A DNA stretch of 64,000 bases from Obrimoposthia wandeli (lineage: Eukaryota), in NCBI GenBank assembly GCA_977020255.1, contig CDROCS010005499.1, positions 62,001 to 126,000 on the forward strand, in the 5' to 3' direction. This document shows, in pieces, positions 1 through 8,533 of this stretch. The notes beneath the pieces are model-generated. The model saw nothing but the letters and a program-made list of their open reading frames with translations, ran no database searches and was not told the DNA's origin. The stretch's first letter is position 1, and the number at the start of each line of letters is the position of its first letter. The translations under genes were made by a program, and so were the position numbers.

Positions 1-271
1 AAGGTAAATCTAAATAGATAAGTAATGTTGCTTGAGATAAAAATTGCTCGACCAGACTCCCAAAAACACCTTCAACGACCCATTCTTGTTTATTTTTGAT
101 TGATTCAACTAGAGATGAGAGATTTTCTTCTGAACGTTTATGGTTGTAGCCACCAGGAAGCCAAAAAAGGTTATCAAGAGAAATCGGAGGTACGCCTACT
201 TTATTACCAATTAAATTTGATAAATACGTTTTGCCTGAACCTGAATTACCATATATTAATATTCGAGACAT
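1..271 (-). CDS. P-loop kinase, adenylate/shikimate kinase-like (AAA_17/18, FlaR-like); integron cassette ORF, runs off the window edge
   Basis: Manual translation from ATG 271: MSRILIYGNSGSGKTYLSNLIGNKVGVPPISLDNLFWLPGG...WVVEGVFGSLVEQFLSQATLLIYLDLP, open to position 1. Walker A GNSGSGKT. Core site GTTAAAT (301-307, minus) just upstream. Not in the ORF track. Confidence 0.8.
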   Translation of the reverse strand, partial: MSRILIYGNSGSGKTYLSNLIGNKVGVPPISLDNLFWLPGGYNHKRSEENLSSLVESIKNKQEWVVEGVFGSLVEQFLSQATLLIYLDLP

Positions 272-315
272 ATCCGACCTTGATTGATGAACTTAATTTC
301 ATTTAACGCTGAACA

Positions 316-1004
316 CTTACGAATCCCCACAAAGTACCTTTGCAGTTCAATAAGTAGACACATATTACCTTCAGATCTAATAAATTCATCATAAACACAA
401 AAGATTGAAAGCAGGATGCGTGACATTAAAAGATTACACGAATAGCTGGAAAACCAATGCCCTAACATTCACAAAAAGAGACTAAATTAACTCATGAATT
501 CTGTGTAAACTTGCTTATCAAGAATGTACTTACGCTTACTTTTCGAAGACGTTCGCTTCCTTCTAGGGCTAAAACGAAGCACTGTATTAAGCGCGTTAAT
601 CGTTTATTAGGTAACAATCACCTGCACCACGACAGACTCGATATTTATCGTTGGCACTATCATCAATTTTGTTAGGTCAACCCACTACCTATTGTCTTAG
701 TCGATTGGGCTGATATTCACGAATACGAACGACTCATGGTACTAAGAGCTTCTATTGCTGTAGAAGGACGTTCTGTTACGCTTTTCGAGCAAACTTTTAC
801 CTTCGCATGTCATCCTCATCGCTATAAAAAAACACCTAAAAAACGTAAAAATCGACGATTTATATCCTTTGTTAGGCTAGAAAAATAGGCCTTCCGACGG
901 CTGGAATATCACATCAACGAACCCGTAATACGTTGGGCGCAATGCACCCTTATTCTAATGGCGAGGAAGAGTTATCGTGCGTAAATTATGTGGGGATTCC
1001 CCAG
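316..1004 (+). mobile_element. Internally deleted IS4-family (IS10-like) insertion sequence
   Basis: Terminal IRs CTTACGAATCCCCACAAAGTAC (316-337) and, as reverse complement, CTGGGGAATCCCCACATAATTT (983-1004), 15/22 identical and resembling IS10 ends. 9-bp target duplication CGCTGAACA (307-315) / CGCCGAACA (1005-1013). Confidence 0.85.
416..984 (+). pseudogene. IS10-like DDE transposase pseudogene
   Basis: MRDIKRLHE*LENQCPNIHKKRLN*LM ... RSLPSRAKTKHCIKRVNRLLGNNHLHHDRLDIYRWH ... PIVLVDWADIHEYERLMVLRASIAVEGRSVTLFEQ parallels the IS10 transposase N-terminus. In-frame stops, a frameshift and a large central deletion. Confidence 0.85.
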
Positions 1005-1086
1005 CGCCGAACATAAGTTGCGCCAGACTAACTAAACAAGCGCACAAAACTGCGGAGTAAAACGTGTCAACTTGATGTTTTTAAAT
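1005..1086 (-). other. attC site of the GNAT cassette, R'' damaged and R' displaced by the IS
   Basis: Minus strand ATTTAA-AAA-CATCAAGTTG...CAACTTATG-TTCGGC-G[IS]TTAAAT. The arms AACAT(C)AAGTTG / CAACTTATGTT pair with one extrahelical C. The 6-nt spacer before GTT matches canonical attC architecture. Confidence 0.7.
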
Positions 1087-1091
1087 GCGAT

Positions 1092-1544
1092 TCAACGTAA
1101 TCTACACACTAACCGCAACATATCTTTATGCTGAATACCATTTTCAAAGATTGGTTCATCGTAATTATCGAGAAAAAAATCCTGTAAAATAGAATCTACT
1201 CTAAAACCGTACCGTTGATAAAACGATAATTGATACCCAAAAGCACCCGTTCCAAGTTCAACTTTACTGTAGCCAGTTGTAGATAATTCTTTTAATACAA
1301 ATTGAAGTAACTTTGAACCAATACCCTTTTTCTGATACTCCAGTTCTGTTGCAACATTATAGATTTCGGAAGTTGATTCGTTCAGCGGCTTAGTTATGCA
1401 AATACTCACTATTACGTCACCATCAAATGCAGCAAAACAATCTGAGCCGTCTAAATATTTTTTGATGCATGTTTCAGAAGGGTCAGCTTCAAGTAGTAAT
1501 TCCATTGGAGCTAACTTTGCTGATATTCGTTTAAACTGAATCAA
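1092..1544 (-). CDS. GNAT family N-acetyltransferase (cassette ORF)
   Basis: Motif A EIYNVATELEYQKKGIGSKLL; ELGTG...LSFYQRYGFRVD. Flanked by GTTAAAT (1573-1579, minus) and the attC. Confidence 0.9.
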   Translation of the reverse strand: MIQFKRISAKLAPMELLLEADPSETCIKKYLDGSDCFAAFDGDVIVSICITKPLNESTSEIYNVATELEYQKKGIGSKLLQFVLKELSTTGYSKVELGTGAFGYQLSFYQRYGFRVDSILQDFFLDNYDEPIFENGIQHKDMLRLVCRLR

Positions 1545-1572
1545 GCCATTTCCCTCTTAGAGCCCTTGAAGC

Positions 1573-1587
1573 ATTTAACGCCGAACA
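1573..1587 (-). other. 3' remnant of a second attC (TGTTCGGCGTTAAAT)
   Basis: Same sequence as the attC end at 301-315 apart from one base; directly abuts a second IS left end. Confidence 0.65.
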
Positions 1588-1755
1588 CTTACGAATTCCC
1601 ACAAAATACCTTTGCAGTTCAATAAGTAGACATGCACCTTCTGATCTAATGAATTCACCTAAATTAAAAAAGATTGAAAACAAGATACGTGATATTCAAA
1701 CACTACACGAGTCGCTGGAAAATCAATGCCCTAACATACACAAAAATAGACTCAA
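1588..1755 (+). mobile_element. Second IS10-like left-end remnant
   Basis: Diverged copy of 316-~485, including the IR CTTACGAATTCCCACAAAA and the start of the transposase (RDIQTLHESLENQCPNIHKNRL). Confidence 0.8.
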
Positions 1756-2575
1756 AATGTTAACAGGTGATGTAAATAAAAATTGGAGGGCTCTCATATT
1801 AAATAGTATTGGGTATACTAATCAAACACTCGGTCGTCGCCTTCCACCGGGTACAAACGCATTTGAAGAAGCTATAAAATCTTACAATAAAGCGTTACTT
1901 ATAATAGACAGTTCAGAGGAATCTAAAGACTGGGCAAATATTCATAATAACTTAGGCATGGTTTACTCATATAGTACAGAGTTTAAGTATGATAAAGAAA
2001 CATCATTTAAAGCCATCAGCTCATATGAACTAGCTCAGCAAGTCTTTACAAAAGATAAATATCCAATTGAATGGGCAATGTCAAATATCAATATAGCTAA
2101 CACATATCAAAATCTTGCAGAGCGAGAAAAAGGTGTACATTTTTTGAAAAAATCATTACATAGCTATAAATTAGCAATTGAAATTGATTTGAAAAAACTC
2201 AGACCATTTTGGTGGGCAACACTTCAAAATAATATTGGAAATTTATATTGTACGATGTATGAGTTTGAAAGTAATCATCAGTACATAAATTATGCAAGCG
2301 CTGCTTATCAAAATGCTTTAAGTATACAAGATAGCAATCTATCACCTATGGATTGGGCTATGACAACATTTAATTTTGGTGCTATTTATCACTTACAAGC
2401 AAGAAAGGAAAGAAGTATTGAAAAATATCGTACTTCTATACTTCTATATAAGCAAACATTAGGAATATACACAAAAGAGAATTACCCAGGCCAATGGGAT
2501 ACTATTCACATTAATATACGACAAATTGAAGGTGAGATATTGAAATTGTCTAAGGCTATTCAAATTATTTTATAA
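1649..2575 (+). CDS. TPR-repeat protein with an IS-derived N-terminus
   Basis: Repeats of the type WAxxxNNLGxxY...A...Y..AL. The first ~35 aa match the transposase N-terminus. Very low GC. Confidence 0.75.
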   Translation: MNSPKLKKIENKIRDIQTLHESLENQCPNIHKNRLKMLTGDVNKNWRALILNSIGYTNQTLGRRLPPGTNAFEEAIKSYNKALLIIDSSEESKDWANIHNNLGMVYSYSTEFKYDKETSFKAISSYELAQQVFTKDKYPIEWAMSNINIANTYQNLAEREKGVHFLKKSLHSYKLAIEIDLKKLRPFWWATLQNNIGNLYCTMYEFESNHQYINYASAAYQNALSIQDSNLSPMDWAMTTFNFGAIYHLQARKERSIEKYRTSILLYKQTLGIYTKENYPGQWDTIHINIRQIEGEILKLSKAIQIIL

Positions 2576-2656
2576 TAAAAAAGGTGATTACCATCACCTC
2601 TCCTTCCTTCTCCACCCTGTCCTGCAACACCAATACAGCAGCCGTTCTCTGCCCTG

Positions 2657-2691
2657 TTAGCCAGTCTACTAATTTAGTTAACACTGGCTAA
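2657..2691 (+). terminator. Hairpin downstream of the TPR ORF
   Basis: TTAGCCAGT...ACTGGCTAA inverted repeat; no clear U-tract. Confidence 0.35.
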
Positions 2692-3211
2692 TAACGTTTA
2701 AACCTCTTACAGGTGTTCGGAAAAATACCGCGAAGCGGGGTTCGCTTGTCCAAATGATGCGGTCTTCGTGGCAGTATTAACATTTTCGGAGACGCGGTAT
2801 CGGTTAGTGACTTTAGCGGAACCGTCGCACTCAGGACAAATTTGACTTTTCTGTTGTGCCCCTTCTGCCTTAGCAATGCTTCGATTGCTTTTAGTGCATA
2901 CACACCACTCCATCTGTCCATAGCTTTTTGAGTTTCAACCTTTGTTAACTGATATAACACTCTGGCAGATTCTCTGTCCGACAGGTATTGCACGAACAAA
3001 AGGTGAAAATCTGTGGGTGATTCCTACGATGGCAATTGCTCATCGAGGATCAGCAAATCGACAGGCGCTCTATCAGCTAACGAAGCCGTCTAAAGTGACG
3101 AAATCTTGTTCTTTTTCTGTCGTTACTTCGCAATTCATTACTGATTCTATTAACTCTGGCATGATTTTGTCTTTCAGACTTGCCTCTTTAAAGGTTGCTG
3201 CGAGATACTGC
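2688..3211 (-). pseudogene. Degenerate ORF relic, possibly from a mobile-element recombinase
   Basis: Broken frame QYLAATFKEASLKDKIMPELIESVMNCEVTTEKEQDFVTLDGFVS*...CPECDGSAKV...SFGQANPASRYFSEHL*. The 5' part is duplicated at 6409-6546. Family not securely recognised. Confidence 0.3.
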
Positions 3212-3313
3212 TAAACTATTTATGTAAGACGTGTATGTTGTAATGTGCATATAAAAGTATGTTCATAAATGCATGTATATAATTTGTGCTTATAAACAGT
3301 ACATTATTTGTAA
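3074..3313. repeat. Direct repeat copy 1, lacking a 112-bp segment present in copy 2
   Basis: 3074-3211 is near-identical to 6409-6546, and 3205-3313 matches 6652-6761. The junction falls at a 7-bp ATACTGC microhomology. Confidence 0.9.
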
Positions 3314-3604
3314 ATTATTCTAATACATCACTTGTAACATCATGATATACATTAATTAAATAGCTTTATTAGTTACCTCCGACACCTCAGGGGCAAAGTA
3401 TATTATCATCTTCATTAATCTAGCATATTCAAATAGCACAATTCCTCAACAGTTCATTTAAGAATGGATATTGAAACGATGCGTATTTTATTTGCAATTG
3501 GTAATATAACATTTATGATCCCACAAAAATGCTATCAGTAATTGTTTGAATCTTTCAGACGACTCCCTGATAGTAATTTGTAGTTTTTATATACAGGAAT
3601 ACGA

Positions 3605-4483
3605 ATGTTACCAATGAATGAATGGCTAAAATATGTAGATATCACCGAGTTAAATGACAAGATTTGTTCTTTTCGTGAGTTAGATTTTAAAAAACTAACT
3701 TACAGAGATATACAAAAGGAAATATCAAATGTTATCTCTTTTAATACCCCAAGAGGTAATTACACACTTTTAGCACCAACAAACTCGAGCTATCCAGTAA
3801 ATACAAGGTTCTACCGTGTAAGAAATATAAATGAAGGTGATACCACATTACCATTAGAATCGATGTCAACAGTGGCTGATTGTTGGGAGCCACCAAAAAA
3901 GGTTGTTAAGCCAGGACGACTAAATCGACAGCATGAACCTTTACTCTATACATCACCAATCTTTCCTGATAATGCGGTCGAAGAATTAAAAATTGTTGAT
4001 GATAAATTGTTTTCTTTGATTGTTTATGAAGCTGTAAAACCAATAAAGGTAACTTGCATTGCTTTCCCACCGCTTGTTGAAGGCTTAACTAAAGATGACG
4101 CTCTAAAGCTAGAAATGATTCAAGATTTTCTAAAACATGAGTTTATTCGTGATATCGATAATGGCGATGAATACCTATATCGTATTTCGGAATCAATCAC
4201 TAAAGATTATTTTGACTTACGACATATATCTCAGGATGCATGGTGCTACCCATCGATAGCTAAACAAGGTGGTTATAACGTCAGCTTTCGCCCAAATAAA
4301 AAACAAAAGCTGAAACTTGTGGGAGTTCAAATTGCTTCTATAAAGCGCGATAATAATGGTCACCGTTTTGAAGTAAAAGCTATAGCCAAAGATTCAGGGG
4401 ATGGTTTAAATCTTTCTTACCATGAAATGGGTTCTCCTGAACAAGAGGATTTATTCCCTGAAATATCACCAACGAAGATTTAG
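3605..4483 (+). CDS. RES domain-like protein
   Basis: RFYRVR...WEPPKKVVKPGRLNRQHEPLLYTS resembles the RES-family GRxN...LYxS signature. Confidence 0.55.
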   Translation: MLPMNEWLKYVDITELNDKICSFRELDFKKLTYRDIQKEISNVISFNTPRGNYTLLAPTNSSYPVNTRFYRVRNINEGDTTLPLESMSTVADCWEPPKKVVKPGRLNRQHEPLLYTSPIFPDNAVEELKIVDDKLFSLIVYEAVKPIKVTCIAFPPLVEGLTKDDALKLEMIQDFLKHEFIRDIDNGDEYLYRISESITKDYFDLRHISQDAWCYPSIAKQGGYNVSFRPNKKQKLKLVGVQIASIKRDNNGHRFEVKAIAKDSGDGLNLSYHEMGSPEQEDLFPEISPTKI

Positions 4484-4690
4484 CAATAAAATATAATTTG
4501 TAGAGCTCAATAATATCAGCTTTCCTAGTGTTAGCTGTTAACCTACTAAAATATTACCGTTACGCATCACGCTCTGCCCTTCACCATCGAAAATGGACTC
4601 GGTGGTGGTGGCTAAGAGAGCCAGAAAATTTCATTTTCCGCAAATTGCCCTCGTAAGCATATTTCTACCTTCTAAAAGAACCTATCTCAA

Positions 4691-4720
4691 CCTTGCCTCT
4701 TTAAGGGTTGCTGCGAGATA
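4691..4720. repeat. Third, 30-bp fragment of the same repeat
   Basis: CCTTGCCTCTTTAAGGGTTGCTGCGAGATA is identical to 6513-6542 and similar to 3179-3207. Confidence 0.85.
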
Positions 4721-4801
4721 TCCTCCCTACCATTGGCAGTTATCCCGTAAGAAATAAGCTTATTTAGACATTTAGCTATAAATAACGAAATGCCTTTAAA
4801 A

Positions 4802-5572
4802 TCACTTAATTTTCACATCCAAACCAAGTGACATTAAGGTTCCTATCACAGTTGTGATCACCACCGATAGCAATGAACCAATCAACACATACTCAGTCAT
4901 GCTTCGATCGTTTGATTTATTCAATTCACCAAATCTAAATATTGACTTAGCAGCCAAAACAAAACCTACCGCGGCATAGCTTCCCACAAGAGTAAAGGTC
5001 AGGATTAACACTCGCTCTAAATAACCAATTAACTCACCACCAGCGACAAGACCATTAACACTAGTATTATTATCTGTATCTGTATCTGTACCTGATATTG
5101 GATACTTTCTTAAAACACTACCAATCACAATTGATGTCGGCTTAAGAATTAGCAAATAACCAAAGATCACCATAACACCATTAGAGAACTTCGCATGTTG
5201 CAAAACGGCATCAAAAGTTAAACCACCTATCATATGAAATGCAATGGCAGCTAGTACCAGTACATGCAAAGTCTGATCAATAACAAAGTAAGAAAACTTA
5301 TTTCCATTCCGTGTTCTGACCTTCCACAGATCGATAAAAAAATGACTTATCGCTACGATAATTATCAAGCAAGCAGTTGAACGCCAATTAATACCTAAAG
5401 CTATCGCAGGAACTAATAACGCGACACCATGTAATAATGAATGAAGGTATAGCTCAGATGAACGGTAAGTATGAGCTTTCTTTGCTTCTACCCATCGGTT
5501 TGGTTGAAAATAAAAGTCACAGATGATGTGAATCAACAAGAATGGTATTAGAACTTTAAAAAAATCAAACAT
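4802..5572 (-). CDS. DUF3307 family membrane protein (SatE-like)
   Basis: HIICDFYFQ, HSLLH, SHFFIDLWK, DQTLH His/Asp motifs in multiple TM helices. C-terminal ELIGYLER...AAKSIFRF. Start overlaps the satD stop. Confidence 0.8.
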   Translation of the reverse strand: MFDFFKVLIPFLLIHIICDFYFQPNRWVEAKKAHTYRSSELYLHSLLHGVALLVPAIALGINWRSTACLIIIVAISHFFIDLWKVRTRNGNKFSYFVIDQTLHVLVLAAIAFHMIGGLTFDAVLQHAKFSNGVMVIFGYLLILKPTSIVIGSVLRKYPISGTDTDTDNNTSVNGLVAGGELIGYLERVLILTFTLVGSYAAVGFVLAAKSIFRFGELNKSNDRSMTEYVLIGSLLSVVITTVIGTLMSLGLDVKIK

Positions 5573-6215
5573 ACTTGAGTCCAGTTACTTGATTTATGAA
5601 TCGACAATTTAGCTCATTGACTAATGGCCAACCTGAAGCTTTAAGTGACTTACTGGCAGTTGCAGTAGCAATATGAAGCTTTTCTGCTAAATCATTAACC
5701 GACAAAGCTTCATTGGTTCGAAGCATTGGGATCATCACTTCACATTGGCGCGAGGTTAATTCAGTTAGTTGTCTATCAAGATACTTAAAGAGTAAGTCGA
5801 AATGCTCAGTAAGTTCGATATGGTCAGAGTTAAAACACAACCTATCGCTTTTCAAAGCTTTTAGCCCACGCCCAGAAAGAACAAATGCTTCACCCATCGA
5901 TTCAGAGACAGATTCACGCAGATCAGTACTAGAGGCAATCGCAAAGCTAATACGACTATCAAACTCTTTGCCAAGCGCTTTAATGCCAAGCCGATAAATG
6001 ATGGTGTATCTCAGAGCATTTTCAATATCGTGCACCACGGACTGAAATTCATCACCTCGCTCAATACTGTGCGCATTTGAGGGATTTTCTTTAGTGATCC
6101 ATTTCTGAATATCTTTGATTTGTTTAAGTAGTTGTTCAAACTGTTCAGAGGTTAGCTTGGTTGAGTTGACAATATCGCCGCTAATCACTGCGATAGGTTT
6201 ATAGGTAGTCTTCAC
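5565..6215 (-). CDS. satD: SatD family protein with C-terminal HTH
   Basis: AVISGDIVNST, RGDEFQ, GEAFVLSGRGL, and HTH LSVNDLAEKLHIATATASKSL. GTG start. Confidence 0.75.
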   Translation of the reverse strand: MKTTYKPIAVISGDIVNSTKLTSEQFEQLLKQIKDIQKWITKENPSNAHSIERGDEFQSVVHDIENALRYTIIYRLGIKALGKEFDSRISFAIASSTDLRESVSESMGEAFVLSGRGLKALKSDRLCFNSDHIELTEHFDLLFKYLDRQLTELTSRQCEVMIPMLRTNEALSVNDLAEKLHIATATASKSLKASGWPLVNELNCRFINQVTGLKYV

Positions 6216-6242
6216 TTTAAAACTCCTTTACATGAAGACCTC

Positions 6243-6338
6243 AATTTAGCCATTTTTGGCTAATAATGCAAATTTAGCCATTTTTGGCTAATAATGAGAA
6301 ATTAGCCATTTTTGGCTAATAATAAGAAATTAGCCATT
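6243..6338. promoter_or_regulatory. Tandem 28-bp-period array of palindromic operator-like sites upstream of satD
   Basis: TTAGCCA-TTTT-TGGCTAA at 6246, 6274 and 6302, plus a half-site at 6330. Confidence 0.75.
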
Positions 6339-6408
6339 GCATCCATTCTTTGCTTGGTATTGCTTTACATTTCAAACGGGGAACGACTTATAATGTCGTT
6401 TCTGCCAC

Positions 6409-6761
6409 CAGCTAACGAAGCCGTCTAAAGTGACGAAATCTTGTTCATTTTCTGTCGTTACAGCGCAATTCATTACTGATTCTATTAACTCTGGCATGAT
6501 TTTGTCTTTCAGCCTTGCCTCTTTAAGGGTTGCTGCGAGATACTGCACCTATTGGGTATCGCAATGATTACAAAACGATTAACAACACCGCTCCCCATTT
6601 GTTATCAATTGAAGGTTTAAGACACGCTCTCTGAATTAAAAGGGCGGCTTAATACTGCTAAGCTATGTATGTAAAGACGTGTATGTTGAAATGCGCATAT
6701 AAGAATATGTTCATAAACGCATGTATATAATTTGTGCTTACAAACAGTACATTATTTGTAA
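6409..6761. repeat. Direct repeat copy 2 (full length), upstream of sbcB
   Basis: See copy 1. Confidence 0.9.
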
Positions 6762-6816
6762 GCCATTCGAATCACACAAAATAGACGTTAAGTGATTCTA
6801 ATGGCGTCAGGGTATT

Positions 6817-8244
6817 ATGATGAAAAAAGACAATACGCCAACACTCTATTGGATTGATTATGAGACCTTCGGGGCAACACCCGCTACCGATCGCGCATGC
6901 CAATTTGCGGGTGTTCGTACAGATATGGATTTCAACATTATCGGTGAGCCACTGGTCATTTACTGTAAGCCCCCTGTTGACTACTTGCCGTCACCAGAAG
7001 CCTGCTTAATAACCGGTATTACGCCGCAAGAAGCACAAGAAAAGGGTTTACCTGAACCTGAATTTATCGCCCAAATTCATGCAGAGTTATCTAAACCCAA
7101 TACCTGTGTTATTGGTTATAACAATGTACGCTTTGATGATGAAGTAACGCGCTATACCCTTTACCGTAATTTCTACGACCCATACGCATGGGGTTGGCAG
7201 AATGGTAACTCGCGTTGGGATTTACTGGATATTATGCGTACCTGTTATGCCCTTCGCCCTGAAGGTGTTAACTGGCCTAATAATGATGACGGTTTGCCAA
7301 GCTTTAAGCTAGAGCACTTGTCTGTTGCGAATGACATTGAACATGCGAACGCACACGATGCAATGGCAGATGTATATGCAACCATTGAGTTAGCTAAAAT
7401 ATTAAAAACCAATCAGCCAAAGTTATTTAACTACCTGTTTGATTTACGCCACAAGCGTAAGCTGCAAGAGTTAATTGATATTGTGAACTTAACGCCTTTA
7501 GTGCATGTTTCTGGCATGTTTGGCGTAGGGTGTGGCAATACAAGCTGGATAGTGCCTATGGCATGGCACCCTGATAACAAGAATGCTGTTATTACGGTTA
7601 ACCTTGCGCAAGATCCTACGCCATTGATCGAGCTCGATGCTGATCAAATACGTGAACGTATGTACACCAAGCGCAGTGAGCTGAAACCAGACGAGTTACC
7701 AATACCGGTAAAATTGGTTCACTTAAATAAGTGCCCTGTTCTTGCGCCAGCTAAAACATTAAAAGCAGAAGATGCCGACCGTATTGGTATTGATCGCGCC
7801 CAATGTTTAAAGAATCTGCAAATTCTAAAAGAGCACCCAGAAGTACGAGAGAAACTGGTGGCTATTTTTGCGGTTCAGCGTGAATACAAAGAAAATACCG
7901 ATGTCGATTCGATGCTATATGAGGGTTTTTTCTCTACTTCAGATCGCTCTTCTATCGATATTATTCGCGAATCGACACCTGAAGCATTAGCAGAGATTCA
8001 ACTTAACGTTGAAGATAAGCGTATTAAACCGCTGTTATTCCGCTACCGTGCGCGTAATTTTCCAATGACATTGAATTACGAAGAACAGCAAAAATGGAAA
8101 CACCACTGCCAAGACTTCTTTCAAGATAATTTACCTGCTTATATGGAAAATTTTGAAGCCGTGGCAACAGAAAACCAATCAAATGAACAAAAAATGAAAA
8201 TACTGAAAGCACTGTATGACTACATCAACAACAGTGTTAGCTAA
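6817..8244 (+). CDS. sbcB: Exodeoxyribonuclease I
   Basis: DEDDh motifs WIDYETFG, GYNNVRFDDE, HANAHDAMADV; HLNKCPVLAP. Confidence 0.97.
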   Translation: MMKKDNTPTLYWIDYETFGATPATDRACQFAGVRTDMDFNIIGEPLVIYCKPPVDYLPSPEACLITGITPQEAQEKGLPEPEFIAQIHAELSKPNTCVIGYNNVRFDDEVTRYTLYRNFYDPYAWGWQNGNSRWDLLDIMRTCYALRPEGVNWPNNDDGLPSFKLEHLSVANDIEHANAHDAMADVYATIELAKILKTNQPKLFNYLFDLRHKRKLQELIDIVNLTPLVHVSGMFGVGCGNTSWIVPMAWHPDNKNAVITVNLAQDPTPLIELDADQIRERMYTKRSELKPDELPIPVKLVHLNKCPVLAPAKTLKAEDADRIGIDRAQCLKNLQILKEHPEVREKLVAIFAVQREYKENTDVDSMLYEGFFSTSDRSSIDIIRESTPEALAEIQLNVEDKRIKPLLFRYRARNFPMTLNYEEQQKWKHHCQDFFQDNLPAYMENFEAVATENQSNEQKMKILKALYDYINNSVS

Positions 8245-8533
8245 ATCAGTTATTTTTTTTTGTTAAGCAGAAAGATTGATGTTCATATTAGTCACTGAAA
8301 TATGAACAATTATCTTATCAAATAGAATAAGCCTATTAGCCTTTGCGGTTACTGGGCTTTTTTTTGAGACAATATCTCATCGACTAAGTTTGAACTTCAC
8401 TCAAATAGCAACAACACTTAAGCAGAGTAAAAGCGTTTACACATAACAGATACAATCCAAATCACTCAATAACTTTGTCACGTTCCATACTGTGGTAAAC
8501 ACCGTTTATCACATTTTATTTTAACTCTACTAA

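Noticed and set aside
256-468. 70-aa minus-strand ORF
   Set aside because: It overlaps the IS left end and attC remnant; an antisense artefact.
2688-2999. 103-aa ORF as an intact gene or a confirmed integrase
   Set aside because: It is one of several broken frames in a relic, and no tyrosine-recombinase catalytic motifs can be seen.
5071-5090. (TATCTG)3 microsatellite in the DUF3307 gene
   Set aside because: An in-frame 6-bp repeat in a loop (TDTDTD); likely neutral.
6243-6338. Possible mini-CRISPR array
   Set aside because: The units between palindromes are only 10 bp and nearly identical, not unique 30-40-bp spacers, and no cas genes are present.
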